From: a virus
Taxonomy: Duplodnaviria; Caudoviricetes
IMG/VR virus record: IMGVR_UViG_3300032330_001040
Span: 50,248 to 114,247 of that record
Length of the DNA stretch: 64,000 bases
Reading direction: 5' to 3' (one strand)
In this document: positions 27,550 to 37,191 of the stretch, piece after piece
Layout of the letters: each line of letters opens with the position of its first letter
Numbering within the stretch: the first letter of the stretch is position 1
The notes under the pieces: generated by a model
Told to the model about the DNA's origin: nothing
Seen by the model: only the letters and a program-made list of their open reading frames with translations
Databases searched by the model: none
Made by a program: the position numbers and the translations under genes

Positions 27550-28619
27550 TTGTTAATTTGTTTAACGGTTAAATTATTTGTTGTTGAATCTTGATTCTGT
27601 AATTGTATTGTGTAAGCATCTTGTGTTAAGTTAATCATATAACCTCTATCTTTATTAATCAAAGCTGTAAAATTTTGTTTTACATTTCTCGTTACTTGCC
27701 AATATGAACCTTTATCAAAAATATAAATCTGTGTTATTGCATTATAACCAACAGTAAAAGCTGCCAACATATAATTATCTAAAGCATTAGTCAATAAATT
27801 AACATCTAATTCATTAATTGCCAATTCGTTATAATCAGCAAATACATCTTTAAATACTTTAACCTCTAAAGCATTTTGGTCCAAACCATTAAATTCTAAA
27901 GCTGAACCAGATTTATTAGTATTCTCAATTGTTTTTTGTGTAATCTCTTTTGGAGGTTTTACAATTAACATATTATTAATTGCCGACTCATTCAACATTA
28001 ACAAAACCGGTCTCATTGGTCTTGTTTCATTAGATGTAGTCATTGTGGCTTGAAATGCTTGATTAAGCACCACAGAACCCATAGCAGTTTGTACTTCAAT
28101 TTCACCAACAGAACCATCTTTATTCGGTAATAGTATAATCATTGATTGACCTATTTCATCAACCGTCATACTAAATGCCGTGCCACGAACAGCAATTGTG
28201 GCAGTCGGAGTATTGATTGCAACTTTACTAGGGTTATTGTGTGCGATACTACCAGAAGCATATCGCACAGTTCCCATTGCTACTTTTAATCCTAACTTAC
28301 CCGCAGATTTATTCTTTGGGTCATATACAAAATCATCAATAACAAGTTTTGAGTTTTCTGTTACTCTAACTTGTGTATCATCTTCAAAAGAAATACCTAC
28401 AACACCGTTACCGGTTTGTACCAAATCATTACTATCAACACCAACATTCTTTTTAACTTCTATACTAGATTTGTTTCTAGTAATTGAAGCAACACCTTTT
28501 TGTTCTGTTACAGAACCAATTGCAGCATTAGTGTTGAACGATAGAAGTAATATTGTTAGTACCACTAATACCACTACCTGTGATATTAACAATCGCTGTG
28601 TTTGCATTTGTTGCTCCAT
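27546..28619 (-). CDS. FecR-domain periplasmic protein
   Basis: 'DLVQTG', 'FEDDTQVRVTENSKLVID', 'TPTATIAVRGTAF'; hydrophobic N-terminus. Confidence 0.85.
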   Translation of the reverse strand: MEQQMQTQRLLISQVVVLVVLTILLLSFNTNAAIGSVTEQKGVASITRNKSSIEVKKNVGVDSNDLVQTGNGVVGISFEDDTQVRVTENSKLVIDDFVYDPKNKSAGKLGLKVAMGTVRYASGSIAHNNPSKVAINTPTATIAVRGTAFSMTVDEIGQSMIILLPNKDGSVGEIEVQTAMGSVVLNQAFQATMTTSNETRPMRPVLLMLNESAINNMLIVKPPKEITQKTIENTNKSGSALEFNGLDQNALEVKVFKDVFADYNELAINELDVNLLTNALDNYMLAAFTVGYNAITQIYIFDKGSYWQVTRNVKQNFTALINKDRGYMINLTQDAYTIQLQNQDSTTNNLTVKQINK

Positions 28620-29289
28620 CTTGTGTAATACTTACTGAGTTGTATCCACCAATTACATTAAGGTCAATTTTATGTCCACTAGCGCCTGATTGTGTTGTTG
28701 TGATATTATTTCTATTACCTGCAATTGCAATTTTAGTTTCGACATTTTTACTATTAATATTACTAACTACTGTATTATAATTACTTGTACTCTGATTATC
28801 AGTAGAAACTCCACCATTACCAAGTGTACTACCAATATTTAATTGATATCTGTAATTATCGGCTTGTCCAGTTGTTCCAATATTTAAAGTAGTGGAGTTG
28901 TTATCACCATTAATATCAATACCAAGTAAACCATTATTGGTACCAAGATTTCCCATATTAAGTACTGTCGCATTAGTATTACCATTTTGTCTAATGTAAG
29001 CTGTTGAGTCTCCACCAATAAAATTACCCGTAATATTATTATTCATACCATCTTGAATGACGGTTAAATTCATATTATTTCCATCAACAACAAATGCTGG
29101 AGAAATTAAATTATTGGGGTCACCAAAATTATTTCCAGAACCTGTTTGTGTAATAGATACGGATGACATATCAGCGTTTGTCTGGTCAATATAAACAGAG
29201 TTGCCTCCACTATCTACTGCACCAGATGAGCCCATAATAAAAGTTAAGGCGATAGCAATAACTATTTGGCCAAACTTTAAGGTTTTCAT
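28528..29289 (-). CDS. Curlin-repeat protein (CsgA/CsgB-like)
   Basis: Signal peptide and repeated N/G-rich 'xIxQxGxxN' units (YIDQ, ITQTGSGN, VIQDGMNN, IRQNGNTN, ITQDG). Confidence 0.7.
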   Translation of the reverse strand: MKTLKFGQIVIAIALTFIMGSSGAVDSGGNSVYIDQTNADMSSVSITQTGSGNNFGDPNNLISPAFVVDGNNMNLTVIQDGMNNNITGNFIGGDSTAYIRQNGNTNATVLNMGNLGTNNGLLGIDINGDNNSTTLNIGTTGQADNYRYQLNIGSTLGNGGVSTDNQSTSNYNTVVSNINSKNVETKIAIAGNRNNITTTQSGASGHKIDLNVIGGYNSVSITQDGATNANTAIVNITGSGISGTNNITSIVQH

Positions 29290-30359
29290 TTTGTTTCCTT
29301 TAAATTGTCTTTTTTAACATACATCTTTGAACCATCCTTTAATGTTACTTCAGCAACATCATTATATTCTGTTGATACAACTTTTACTTCTGTATCTTTA
29401 ACGTAATATTTGAAAGGTCCGTATAGTGGTCCATTCAAGTTTGATTTGTTATAATATAGTTTTACAAAATCTTTTAAATAATAAATTGTTGGTTTTTCTT
29501 CTATAATTGGTTTAACAACTTCTTTAACTACGACTGGCTCCGGTTTTACAACTTCTTCTTGTTTACCTGATTTAAATTTCCATAAACCTTTTTTTTCACC
29601 ATCGAAAATTAATTCTTCTACTGCTTTTTCTGTTGCAGCTTTAAGAACAAAAATACCAACTTCTGTTGAGGACATACCAATTTCATTCTCAAAGGCTTTT
29701 GTTCCTTCATCAAAAAATTTAAATGTTGCTATACCAACTTGATAACTCAATAATGTCTTTCTTACATTAGTTGTCAATAACACCTCACCCGTTTGGGTGC
29801 TGACCACTCTTAATGATATCGTTACAACATCTTCATTATATGATGTTGATGGACCAATTCCTAACCATCTCCAACCAAATCCACCTGTTCTTATGTTCGT
29901 ATCATATGAAACAATGACTGCTTCAAGTATCATACCAGCATAAAGTATTGGTCTTAAATTGGATGGATCTTTTGCCTCATCTCTTGCCGACCTAATCAGT
30001 TGCCGTTCTTTTAATAAATTATCAAGTCCAACTCTTTCTACCACTCTAAACCATTGTCCATCACCAATGTCTTGTAATGCTTTAATTAATATGCCTTCAC
30101 CACCTTGTGTTACTGCTGTAGAAAAACTTGCAACACCAGGTTGTTGTTTTCTTTGACCAGTCGCATCTTTAAATGAATATACTGCAACAACAATTTTACC
30201 ATCATGTGGTGGAGGTACTTCTCTAACAACCTTTTTAGTTTCTTGTGGTTGTTGTAATACTTCAGCATCATTCGTTTCAAATTTCATTGGAGAAAGTGGG
30301 CCTGTAGCGGCACAACCAAATAATCCAAAACACATTAAAATAATCAATATTTTTTTCAT
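29286..30359 (-). CDS. csgG: Curli secretion channel CsgG-like lipoprotein with C-terminal extension
   Basis: Lipobox 'LFGC'; 'VAVYSFKDATGQRK', 'FSTAVTQG', 'WFRVVERVGLDNLLKERQLIR'. Confidence 0.92.
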   Translation of the reverse strand: MKKILIILMCFGLFGCAATGPLSPMKFETNDAEVLQQPQETKKVVREVPPPHDGKIVVAVYSFKDATGQRKQQPGVASFSTAVTQGGEGILIKALQDIGDGQWFRVVERVGLDNLLKERQLIRSARDEAKDPSNLRPILYAGMILEAVIVSYDTNIRTGGFGWRWLGIGPSTSYNEDVVTISLRVVSTQTGEVLLTTNVRKTLLSYQVGIATFKFFDEGTKAFENEIGMSSTEVGIFVLKAATEKAVEELIFDGEKKGLWKFKSGKQEEVVKPEPVVVKEVVKPIIEEKPTIYYLKDFVKLYYNKSNLNGPLYGPFKYYVKDTEVKVVSTEYNDVAEVTLKDGSKMYVKKDNLKETK

Positions 30360-30796
30360 TAGAATTTTAAAGTCCCAATTGGTATTTGAACTTGTGTGAT
30401 ATTACCATCAGCACCGGTAACAGTTAATGAAATTTGGTCGGCTGTTTTGGTATAAACAATTGTGTTACCTTCAATCGTAACAGTTCCACTATTTTGTGGA
30501 TTTTCTCCAAAAAGATTGTTAACTAATTGTGTAGACAACTGAGCATATACACGGCTTTCGAAATTATTTAAAAACTTTTGAAGATTTGTATTATTGGCGG
30601 CTGTTGCCGCATCTTTGATAGCTTGTAGTCTAGCGGCTTCTAAAGATTGTCTACGAGTAGTTTCAGTATTTTCTATTGTTTGAACGTGTGAAGAATACCC
30701 AACACCACTAAATGAAGGAGATTTAAATTGAAACGTTTGTTCTGCACATACTAAACTACTTTTTAGTATTAGTAGAATCATTATTAGTTTTTTCAT
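30359..30796 (-). CDS. csgF: Curli assembly protein CsgF-like
   Basis: Signal peptide then 'TFQFKSPSFSG' (cf. CsgF 'TFQFRNPNFGG'); adjacent to csgG. Confidence 0.8.
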   Translation of the reverse strand: MKKLIMILLILKSSLVCAEQTFQFKSPSFSGVGYSSHVQTIENTETTRRQSLEAARLQAIKDAATAANNTNLQKFLNNFESRVYAQLSTQLVNNLFGENPQNSGTVTIEGNTIVYTKTADQISLTVTGADGNITQVQIPIGTLKF

Positions 30797-31031
30797 CTTT
30801 AATGTCTCGCATCATCAACACAATGTTGATTTTTTGGTTTAACCTAATTAAATCATTATCCAACATTCGTACACGGTCAATTAAAGCAATTAAAACATTA
30901 CTGGCTTCTGAAAGAACAGGTTTAATCTCCTGTGTAGCCCATTTCCATACATAAAATATAAGATAACCCATGCCTCCAGCGGCAACAATAGGAAAACCAT
31001 ATTTGTTAATTAACTCTGCTATATCCATCAT
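30756..31031 (-). CDS. Small single-TM protein (YvrJ-like 'GFPI'), paralog A
   Basis: 'KYGFPIVAAGGMGYLIF' followed by coiled coil. Confidence 0.65.
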   Translation of the reverse strand: MMDIAELINKYGFPIVAAGGMGYLIFYVWKWATQEIKPVLSEASNVLIALIDRVRMLDNDLIRLNQKINIVLMMRDIKDEKTNNDSTNTKK

Positions 31032-31219
31032 ACAGGTATGTATTTTTCTGTTTGATATTTTTGTCTAGCTAATTTTGTTAATTTTGCTTGACAAGTTCTA
31101 ATTTCTTTTATTAAATCAGTTTCTTTTGCATCAATTAGGTAAGAAATGGCAAAATTGGCTGCATCTTCAAAATTGATAGCTGCATCTTCTAAATCATCCA
31201 TACTTTTATATAACGGCAT
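31028..31219 (-). CDS. Small hypothetical protein
   Basis: Fills the operon between the two GFPI paralogs; SD present. Confidence 0.55.
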   Translation of the reverse strand: MPLYKSMDDLEDAAINFEDAANFAISYLIDAKETDLIKEIRTCQAKLTKLARQKYQTEKYIPV

Positions 31220-31221
31220 TT

Positions 31222-31500
31222 TTAATCCTTTCTCGCATCATTTTTTCCATCGGCTCGTGCAATACGGTCGATATCTGGTTTTACACCCATAGCGCTTGAC
31301 ATCAGAGTATCAATTCTGATAACATCATGGTTCATTGTTTTAACACGATTGTCTAATGCGGTAATAATACCACTCAACGATTTGACAGAGGATGTAACCC
31401 CAGCAAGAATGAATTTTAAAGTCAAAAACACAAAATAACCAGCAGAAATTGCTGCGGCTATTGGAAATCCTACTTCAGCAACTAATTTAAAAAAGTCCAT
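31222..31500 (-). CDS. Small single-TM protein (YvrJ-like 'GFPI'), paralog B
   Basis: 'EVGFPIAAAISAGYFVF' followed by coiled coil. Confidence 0.65.
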   Translation of the reverse strand: MDFFKLVAEVGFPIAAAISAGYFVFLTLKFILAGVTSSVKSLSGIITALDNRVKTMNHDVIRIDTLMSSAMGVKPDIDRIARADGKNDARKD

Positions 31501-31507
31501 TTTTATA

Positions 31508-31536
31508 TTGACAATTGAGTTAAATTATAGTATAAT
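31508..31536 (+). promoter_or_regulatory. Sigma70 promoter for the DNA polymerase operon
   Basis: Perfect TTGACA-N17-TATAAT. Confidence 0.85.
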
Positions 31537-31570
31537 CAATGATACATCAATATATGTTTCAATACATACT

Positions 31571-31578
31571 TATTTATG
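31571..31578 (-). promoter_or_regulatory. Putative gp55 late promoter for the curli/cyclase operon
   Basis: CATAAATA on the minus strand, about 70 nt before the first minus-strand ATG. Confidence 0.55.
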
Positions 31579-31614
31579 CCAGTTAAAGCCAGTTAAATTT
31601 ATAAAGGAAATCAA

Positions 31615-31923
31615 ATGGATATTAAAATTTTGAAGTTAATTACAGGTGAAGAAGTTCTCGGAGAAGTTGAAATTGAATCTGAAACAGAATTTGTATTAGT
31701 AAATGTCGTTGGAGTTGCAATAGTTCGTGGTAAAGATGGTCAGCCAAATGTTGGATTTGCACCATTTCCTATGCACGCTGAGCCAAAAACAGGTCAATCT
31801 ATTGCCTTTGCTAAGAAAAATGTAGTATACTCCTATGTTCCAGCACAAGAATTTATAGATAATTATAATCAAATTTTTGGTGCCGGTATCGTTCTTCCTA
31901 ATAAACAACTTATCGTAGGTTAA
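31615..31923 (+). CDS. Conserved T4-like hypothetical protein (Sm-like fold)
   Basis: 'IKILKLITGEEVLG', 'Y.QIFGAGIVLP'; typically precedes gp43. Confidence 0.7.
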   Translation: MDIKILKLITGEEVLGEVEIESETEFVLVNVVGVAIVRGKDGQPNVGFAPFPMHAEPKTGQSIAFAKKNVVYSYVPAQEFIDNYNQIFGAGIVLPNKQLIVG

Positions 31924-31924
31924 T

Positions 31925-34462
31925 TTGAATTTTTATACAAGCGTACAAAGTTTTAGTAATTATATCCTTTATCGGGGTATAAAAAATGGTAAAAGAGTGA
32001 AAGAGAGGATTGATTATTCTCCTTCACTTTTTCTACCTTCTAAACGAATAACTAATTATACCAATCTTGAAGGTGAATATCTCGACCAGAAAATCTTTAC
32101 TGATATTCGGACGGCTAGAGAATTTATTAAACAATTTGATGGTATTCCAACATCACCAGTTATCCATGGCCAAACTAGGTATGAGTATGCCTTTATTGCT
32201 GATGAACACAGAGGTATGGTTGATTATGATTTTGAGAAGGTTTTAATTGGTGTAATCGATATTGAAGTTGGTTCTGAAAATGGTTTTCCTGACCCGTATG
32301 AAGCCAATGAACCAATTACTGCTATTGCTATCACCTATCTCAATGATAAAACATATGTGTTTGGTTGTGGTGTTTATGAAACACCAGGTGACGAAATCTA
32401 TGTAAAATGCAAAGATGAATATACTTTATGTAGGAAATTCATGGAACTTTGGACTAAAAAATGTCCAGATATCGTTACTGGTTGGAATACAAAGTTCTTT
32501 GATATACCATATTTGATTAATCGTTTTCGTAAAATTCTTGGAGAACCCGATTCTAAAAAATTATCTCCATGGAATTTTATTGGTGAACGTAAAACAACAA
32601 TAAATGGCCGACAATTAATTGCGTATGAGTTGTTAGGAGTCGCATCTCTTGACTATATAGAGTTATACAAATGGTATGCTCCTGGTGGTAAATCACAAGA
32701 GTCATATCGTTTGGATGCTATTGCTCAAGTTGAGCTTGGTGAAGGTAAAATTTCATATGATGAATATGATAATTTACACGCATTATATCGATTAAACTTT
32801 CAAAAGTTTATTGAGTATAACATTAAAGACGTACAACTTATTTTACGTTTAGAAGATAAGTTAAAGTTGTTAGAATTGGCAGTAACTTTGGCATACGACA
32901 CAAAATCAAACTTTGAAGATGTATTTGCACAGACCCGTATGTGGGACGCAATGACGTATTCTTATTTGTTGGAAAAGAATATCATTGTGCCACCTAGGAT
33001 TGTAAAAGAAAAAGATGGAATGTTTGAAGGTGCTTATGTTAAAGAAGTTCAAGTTGGATTACATGATTGGGTTGCCTCATTTGACTTAAACAGTTTGTAT
33101 CCTCACTTAATGATGCAATACAATATTAGTCCAGAAACACTTATTGAACCACAAGACTATTCGGATGAAATGCGTAAAATTTTATCAGAAGGTGTAACTG
33201 TAGATAGGTTGTTAAAGAAAGAAATTAACACAGATGGTTTAGTAACTGCAACGTTAACACCAAACGGACAATTCTTTCGTACAGACACTAAAGGTTTCTT
33301 ACCTACAATGATGGAAGAAATGTATACCGATAGAAGTAAGTTTAAGAAGATGATGTTGAAGGCGAAGCAAGAGTATGAAAATGAAACTGATGAGAGTAAG
33401 AAATATGAAATTGAAAAACGAATTGCTAAGTATAATAATATTCAGTTGGCAAAAAAAGTCTCCCTTAACTCAGCTTACGGTGCTCTTGGTTCTCAGTATT
33501 TTCGTTTTTATGATTTACGCATGGCACTTGGTGTCACAACAGCTGGTCAATTAAGTATTCGTTGGATAGAAGCAAAGTTAAACAATTACATGAATAAGGT
33601 ACTAGAAACAAAAGATGTGGATTACGTTATTGCGAGCGATACTGATTCAATTTATCTTCGTCTTGGAGAATTGGTTAATCGTGTCTACAACTCACGAATA
33701 CCTGATACAGAGGATGTTATCAAGTTCATGGATAAAGTCTGTAATGATAAACTGCAACCATATATTGATAATTGCTATAAGGAACTTGCTGAGTATCTTA
33801 AAGCACCTACACAGAAGATGCAGATGAAACGTGAAGGTTTGTCTAACAAAGGAATCTGGACTGCCAAGAAACGATATATTCTGAACGTATATAATAATGA
33901 AGGTGTACAATATAAAGAACCTGATATGAAAGTCATGGGTCTTGAGATGGTAAAATCATCTACTCCATTTGTAATTCGAGAAAAGATGAAACAAGCAATT
34001 AAGATTATGATTAACGGTACAGAAAATGATATGCACAACTTTATTTCTGAATTCAAAGAAGAATTTAAGAATCTTCCACCAGAAGAAATATCGTCACCAA
34101 GAGGCTGTAATGGCTTAGCTAAATATCAGGATGCTCTATCGTTATACAAATTAGGTACACCAATTCATGTTAAGGGTGCTATATTGTATAATCATTATCT
34201 TAATAAAATGGAGTTAACCAAAAAGTATCCTTTGGTTCAAGAAGGTGAGAAGTTGAAGTATAGTTATTTAAAGATGCCAAATCCTTTTAAAGATACAGTC
34301 ATATCTTTTCCAGGAAGATTACCTAAAGAATTTGGATTACATGAGTTTATTGATTATGATACACAGTTCGACAAATGTTTTTTAGAGCCCATCAAAGTTA
34401 TTCTTGATTGTATTAAATGGAAGACCGAGAAGATGAGCACACTTGACGATTTTTTTAGTTAA
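31925..34462 (+). CDS. 43: Family B DNA polymerase gp43
   Basis: 'DIEV', 'SFDLNSLYP', 'KKVSLNSAYG', 'SDTDS'. Confidence 0.98.
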   Translation: MNFYTSVQSFSNYILYRGIKNGKRVKERIDYSPSLFLPSKRITNYTNLEGEYLDQKIFTDIRTAREFIKQFDGIPTSPVIHGQTRYEYAFIADEHRGMVDYDFEKVLIGVIDIEVGSENGFPDPYEANEPITAIAITYLNDKTYVFGCGVYETPGDEIYVKCKDEYTLCRKFMELWTKKCPDIVTGWNTKFFDIPYLINRFRKILGEPDSKKLSPWNFIGERKTTINGRQLIAYELLGVASLDYIELYKWYAPGGKSQESYRLDAIAQVELGEGKISYDEYDNLHALYRLNFQKFIEYNIKDVQLILRLEDKLKLLELAVTLAYDTKSNFEDVFAQTRMWDAMTYSYLLEKNIIVPPRIVKEKDGMFEGAYVKEVQVGLHDWVASFDLNSLYPHLMMQYNISPETLIEPQDYSDEMRKILSEGVTVDRLLKKEINTDGLVTATLTPNGQFFRTDTKGFLPTMMEEMYTDRSKFKKMMLKAKQEYENETDESKKYEIEKRIAKYNNIQLAKKVSLNSAYGALGSQYFRFYDLRMALGVTTAGQLSIRWIEAKLNNYMNKVLETKDVDYVIASDTDSIYLRLGELVNRVYNSRIPDTEDVIKFMDKVCNDKLQPYIDNCYKELAEYLKAPTQKMQMKREGLSNKGIWTAKKRYILNVYNNEGVQYKEPDMKVMGLEMVKSSTPFVIREKMKQAIKIMINGTENDMHNFISEFKEEFKNLPPEEISSPRGCNGLAKYQDALSLYKLGTPIHVKGAILYNHYLNKMELTKKYPLVQEGEKLKYSYLKMPNPFKDTVISFPGRLPKEFGLHEFIDYDTQFDKCFLEPIKVILDCIKWKTEKMSTLDDFFS

Positions 34463-34471
34463 AGGAATATT

Positions 34472-35533
34472 ATGAGTTTATTAGATAAAATCAAAAAAAA
34501 TAGTACGATTCAAGAATCATCTATTTTATCAAAATCAAAATTGTTTACAGAAAAAGATATGATTCCCACTTCTGTACCAATGATTAATGTAGCACTTAGC
34601 GGTAAATTGGATGGAGGTTTAACTCCAGGTCTTACTATGTGGGCAGGTCCATCAAAACATTTTAAGACCGCTTTTTCACTTTTGATGGCAAAATCTTACT
34701 TGGACAAATATGAAGATGCAGCGTTACTTTTCTATGATTCAGAATTTGGTACTCCACAATCTTATTTTACTTCCTTTGGAATTAATCCTGATAGGGTTCT
34801 TCATTCTCCTCTTACCGATATTGAAGAATTAAAGTTTGATATAATGAAACAATTGAGTGAAATCAAACGTGGAGATAAACTCATTATTGTGATTGATTCA
34901 ATTGGTAATTTGGCATCAAAGAAAGAAGTTGATGATGCGATGGATGGAAAATCTGTTGCTGATATGTCAAGAGCAAAACAAAATAAATCGTTGTTTAGAA
35001 TGATTACGCCACATTTAAATCTCAAAGATATTCCAATGATTGTAGTTAATCATACATACAAAACTATGGAATTATACTCTAAAGATGTTGTAGGTGGTGG
35101 TACTGGTTCGTATTATTCTGCTGATAATATTTTTATTATCGGTCGTCAACAAGAAAAAGAAGCTGGCGAAGTCAGCGGTTACAATTTTATAATTAACGTG
35201 GAAAAATCAAGATATGTTAAAGAAAAATCTAAAATCCCTATTACTGTTAGTTTTACTGGTGGCATTAGCCGATGGAGTGGTCTACTTGACGTTGCTCTCG
35301 ATTCAGGACACGTTACCAAGCCGTCAACCGGGTGGTATAGTAAGGTCGATGAAGATGGTGTAATTGAAGATAAGAAATATCGTATTGCTGATACCAACAA
35401 TAAAGAATTTTGGTTATCAATTCTTAAAATGAAATCATTCCAAGATTATATTGAAAAAACTTATCGTGTCGCTTCTGGTGATATTTTAAGTGATGGTGAA
35501 GGTGGTTTAATGGAGGAAATGGCAAATGCTTGA
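34472..35533 (+). CDS. uvsX: RecA-like recombinase UvsX
   Basis: 'AGPSKHFKT', 'YDSEFG', 'DSIGNLASKKE'. Confidence 0.96.
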   Translation: MSLLDKIKKNSTIQESSILSKSKLFTEKDMIPTSVPMINVALSGKLDGGLTPGLTMWAGPSKHFKTAFSLLMAKSYLDKYEDAALLFYDSEFGTPQSYFTSFGINPDRVLHSPLTDIEELKFDIMKQLSEIKRGDKLIIVIDSIGNLASKKEVDDAMDGKSVADMSRAKQNKSLFRMITPHLNLKDIPMIVVNHTYKTMELYSKDVVGGGTGSYYSADNIFIIGRQQEKEAGEVSGYNFIINVEKSRYVKEKSKIPITVSFTGGISRWSGLLDVALDSGHVTKPSTGWYSKVDEDGVIEDKKYRIADTNNKEFWLSILKMKSFQDYIEKTYRVASGDILSDGEGGLMEEMANA

Positions 35534-35849
35534 AGGCTTTGATTATTGTTTCATATACCCTAAAAATGATGCTCAAGCTGTACATATTCGTTTAATGACT
35601 GGACCTTATACTGATACCATATTTAAATATGGTAAAGTTAAATTTGAGGAAAAGAATGGCGAAATGCATTTACTTTTCGCCTATGATGTGTTAGAATCTA
35701 CTATTAACAAGCCAAAAAAATTGGAAAAAGATTTGGCATTTAAGAACTACATTGGTGATTTACTAGTGGAGATTATGAGTAGTAATATAGATGAGGAAAT
35801 TATTGATGAAACTGGAACAAGCGATATTAACCAGTCTGATTTACAATGA
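35526..35849 (+). CDS. Hypothetical protein, positional gp40 equivalent
   Basis: 107 aa between uvsX and gp41, as T4 gene 40. Confidence 0.45.
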   Translation: MLEGFDYCFIYPKNDAQAVHIRLMTGPYTDTIFKYGKVKFEEKNGEMHLLFAYDVLESTINKPKKLEKDLAFKNYIGDLLVEIMSSNIDEEIIDETGTSDINQSDLQ

Positions 35850-37191
35850 AGATTATTTAAGAAAAGTTTTACCATTTTTAAACGAAGATTATTTCTCTGA
35901 TAGAACAGAGAGGACAATATTCAATGAAATTACACAATTCACGCAAACTTATAATAACTCGCCGGAGATTGCAGCACTTAGTATTGCCGTCAAGGAAAAG
36001 AACAATCTTACAGATGAAGAAGTTCAGAAGTGTGAAGATTATCTCAAAGAAATGTCAAAGGATAGCGACCCAAAAACCGAGATTCAATGGCTTGTTGACA
36101 AAACCGAAAAGTGGTGTCAAGAGAAGGCCATATACAATGCAGTATTGGGGTCTATTTCTATTCTCGATGGGAAAGATAAAAACCGGGACAAAGGTTCAAT
36201 TCCCAAAATATTATCGGATGCTTTAGCAATAAGTTTCGATACAACCGTAGGACATGATTACTTAGAGGACTCAGATGAAAGATACGATTTTTACCACCGT
36301 AAAGAAGAAAGAATTCCCTTTGATTTGGACTGTTTTAACAAAATCACAAAAGGTGGACTCCCAGCGAAAACGCTTAATATTGCTCTTGCTGGCACGGGAG
36401 TTGGTAAATCTCTCTTTATGTGTCATGTGGCTTCAGGATGTATGGTACAAGGCAAAAACGTATTGTATATCACTATGGAAATGGCAGAAGAAAAAATAGC
36501 AGAACGTATTGATGCTAATCTTCTTAATGTTACTCTTGATGATTTGATGGGTTTACCTAAAGATATCTATGACAAAAAAGTTGCTCGTGTTCGTGATAAA
36601 TGTACCGGTAAATTAATCATTAAAGAATATCCAACGGCTTCGGCTTCAACTATACACTTTAAAACATTGCTCAATGAACTCAATCTTAAAAAGTCTTTTG
36701 TACCTGACATTATCTTTGTGGATTATCTTAATATCTGTTGTTCTTCTCGTATTAAAGCAGGCGCAAATATTAACTCCTATACCTACGTCAAATCGATTGC
36801 AGAAGAACTTAGAGGTCTTGCAGTTGAGTATAATGTACCTGTTGTTAGTGCCACACAGACTACTCGCTCAGGATTTACATCAAGCGATCCTGGTCTTGAA
36901 GATACCTCCGAATCATTTGGACTCCCAGCCACCGCAGACTTAATGTTTGCTTTGATTACAAGTGAAGATTTAGAAGCACTTGGTCAAATTATGGTCAAAC
37001 AATTAAAGAATAGATATAATGACCCATCTTATTATAAAAGATTTACAATTGGTGTTGATAGAGCTAAAATGAAATTATATGACATTGAACAATCAGCACA
37101 AATTGGTATTGCTGACGCAGGACACAATGACAAACCATTAAACACTTTTGGCAATCGTGATAGCAATAAATTTGAAGGATTTAAAGTATGA
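35806..37191 (+). CDS. 41: Replicative helicase gp41
   Basis: 'LAGTGVGKSLFMCH', 'VDYLNIC', 'SESFGLPATAD', 'KQLKNRY'. Confidence 0.96.
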   Translation: MKLEQAILTSLIYNEDYLRKVLPFLNEDYFSDRTERTIFNEITQFTQTYNNSPEIAALSIAVKEKNNLTDEEVQKCEDYLKEMSKDSDPKTEIQWLVDKTEKWCQEKAIYNAVLGSISILDGKDKNRDKGSIPKILSDALAISFDTTVGHDYLEDSDERYDFYHRKEERIPFDLDCFNKITKGGLPAKTLNIALAGTGVGKSLFMCHVASGCMVQGKNVLYITMEMAEEKIAERIDANLLNVTLDDLMGLPKDIYDKKVARVRDKCTGKLIIKEYPTASASTIHFKTLLNELNLKKSFVPDIIFVDYLNICCSSRIKAGANINSYTYVKSIAEELRGLAVEYNVPVVSATQTTRSGFTSSDPGLEDTSESFGLPATADLMFALITSEDLEALGQIMVKQLKNRYNDPSYYKRFTIGVDRAKMKLYDIEQSAQIGIADAGHNDKPLNTFGNRDSNKFEGFKV

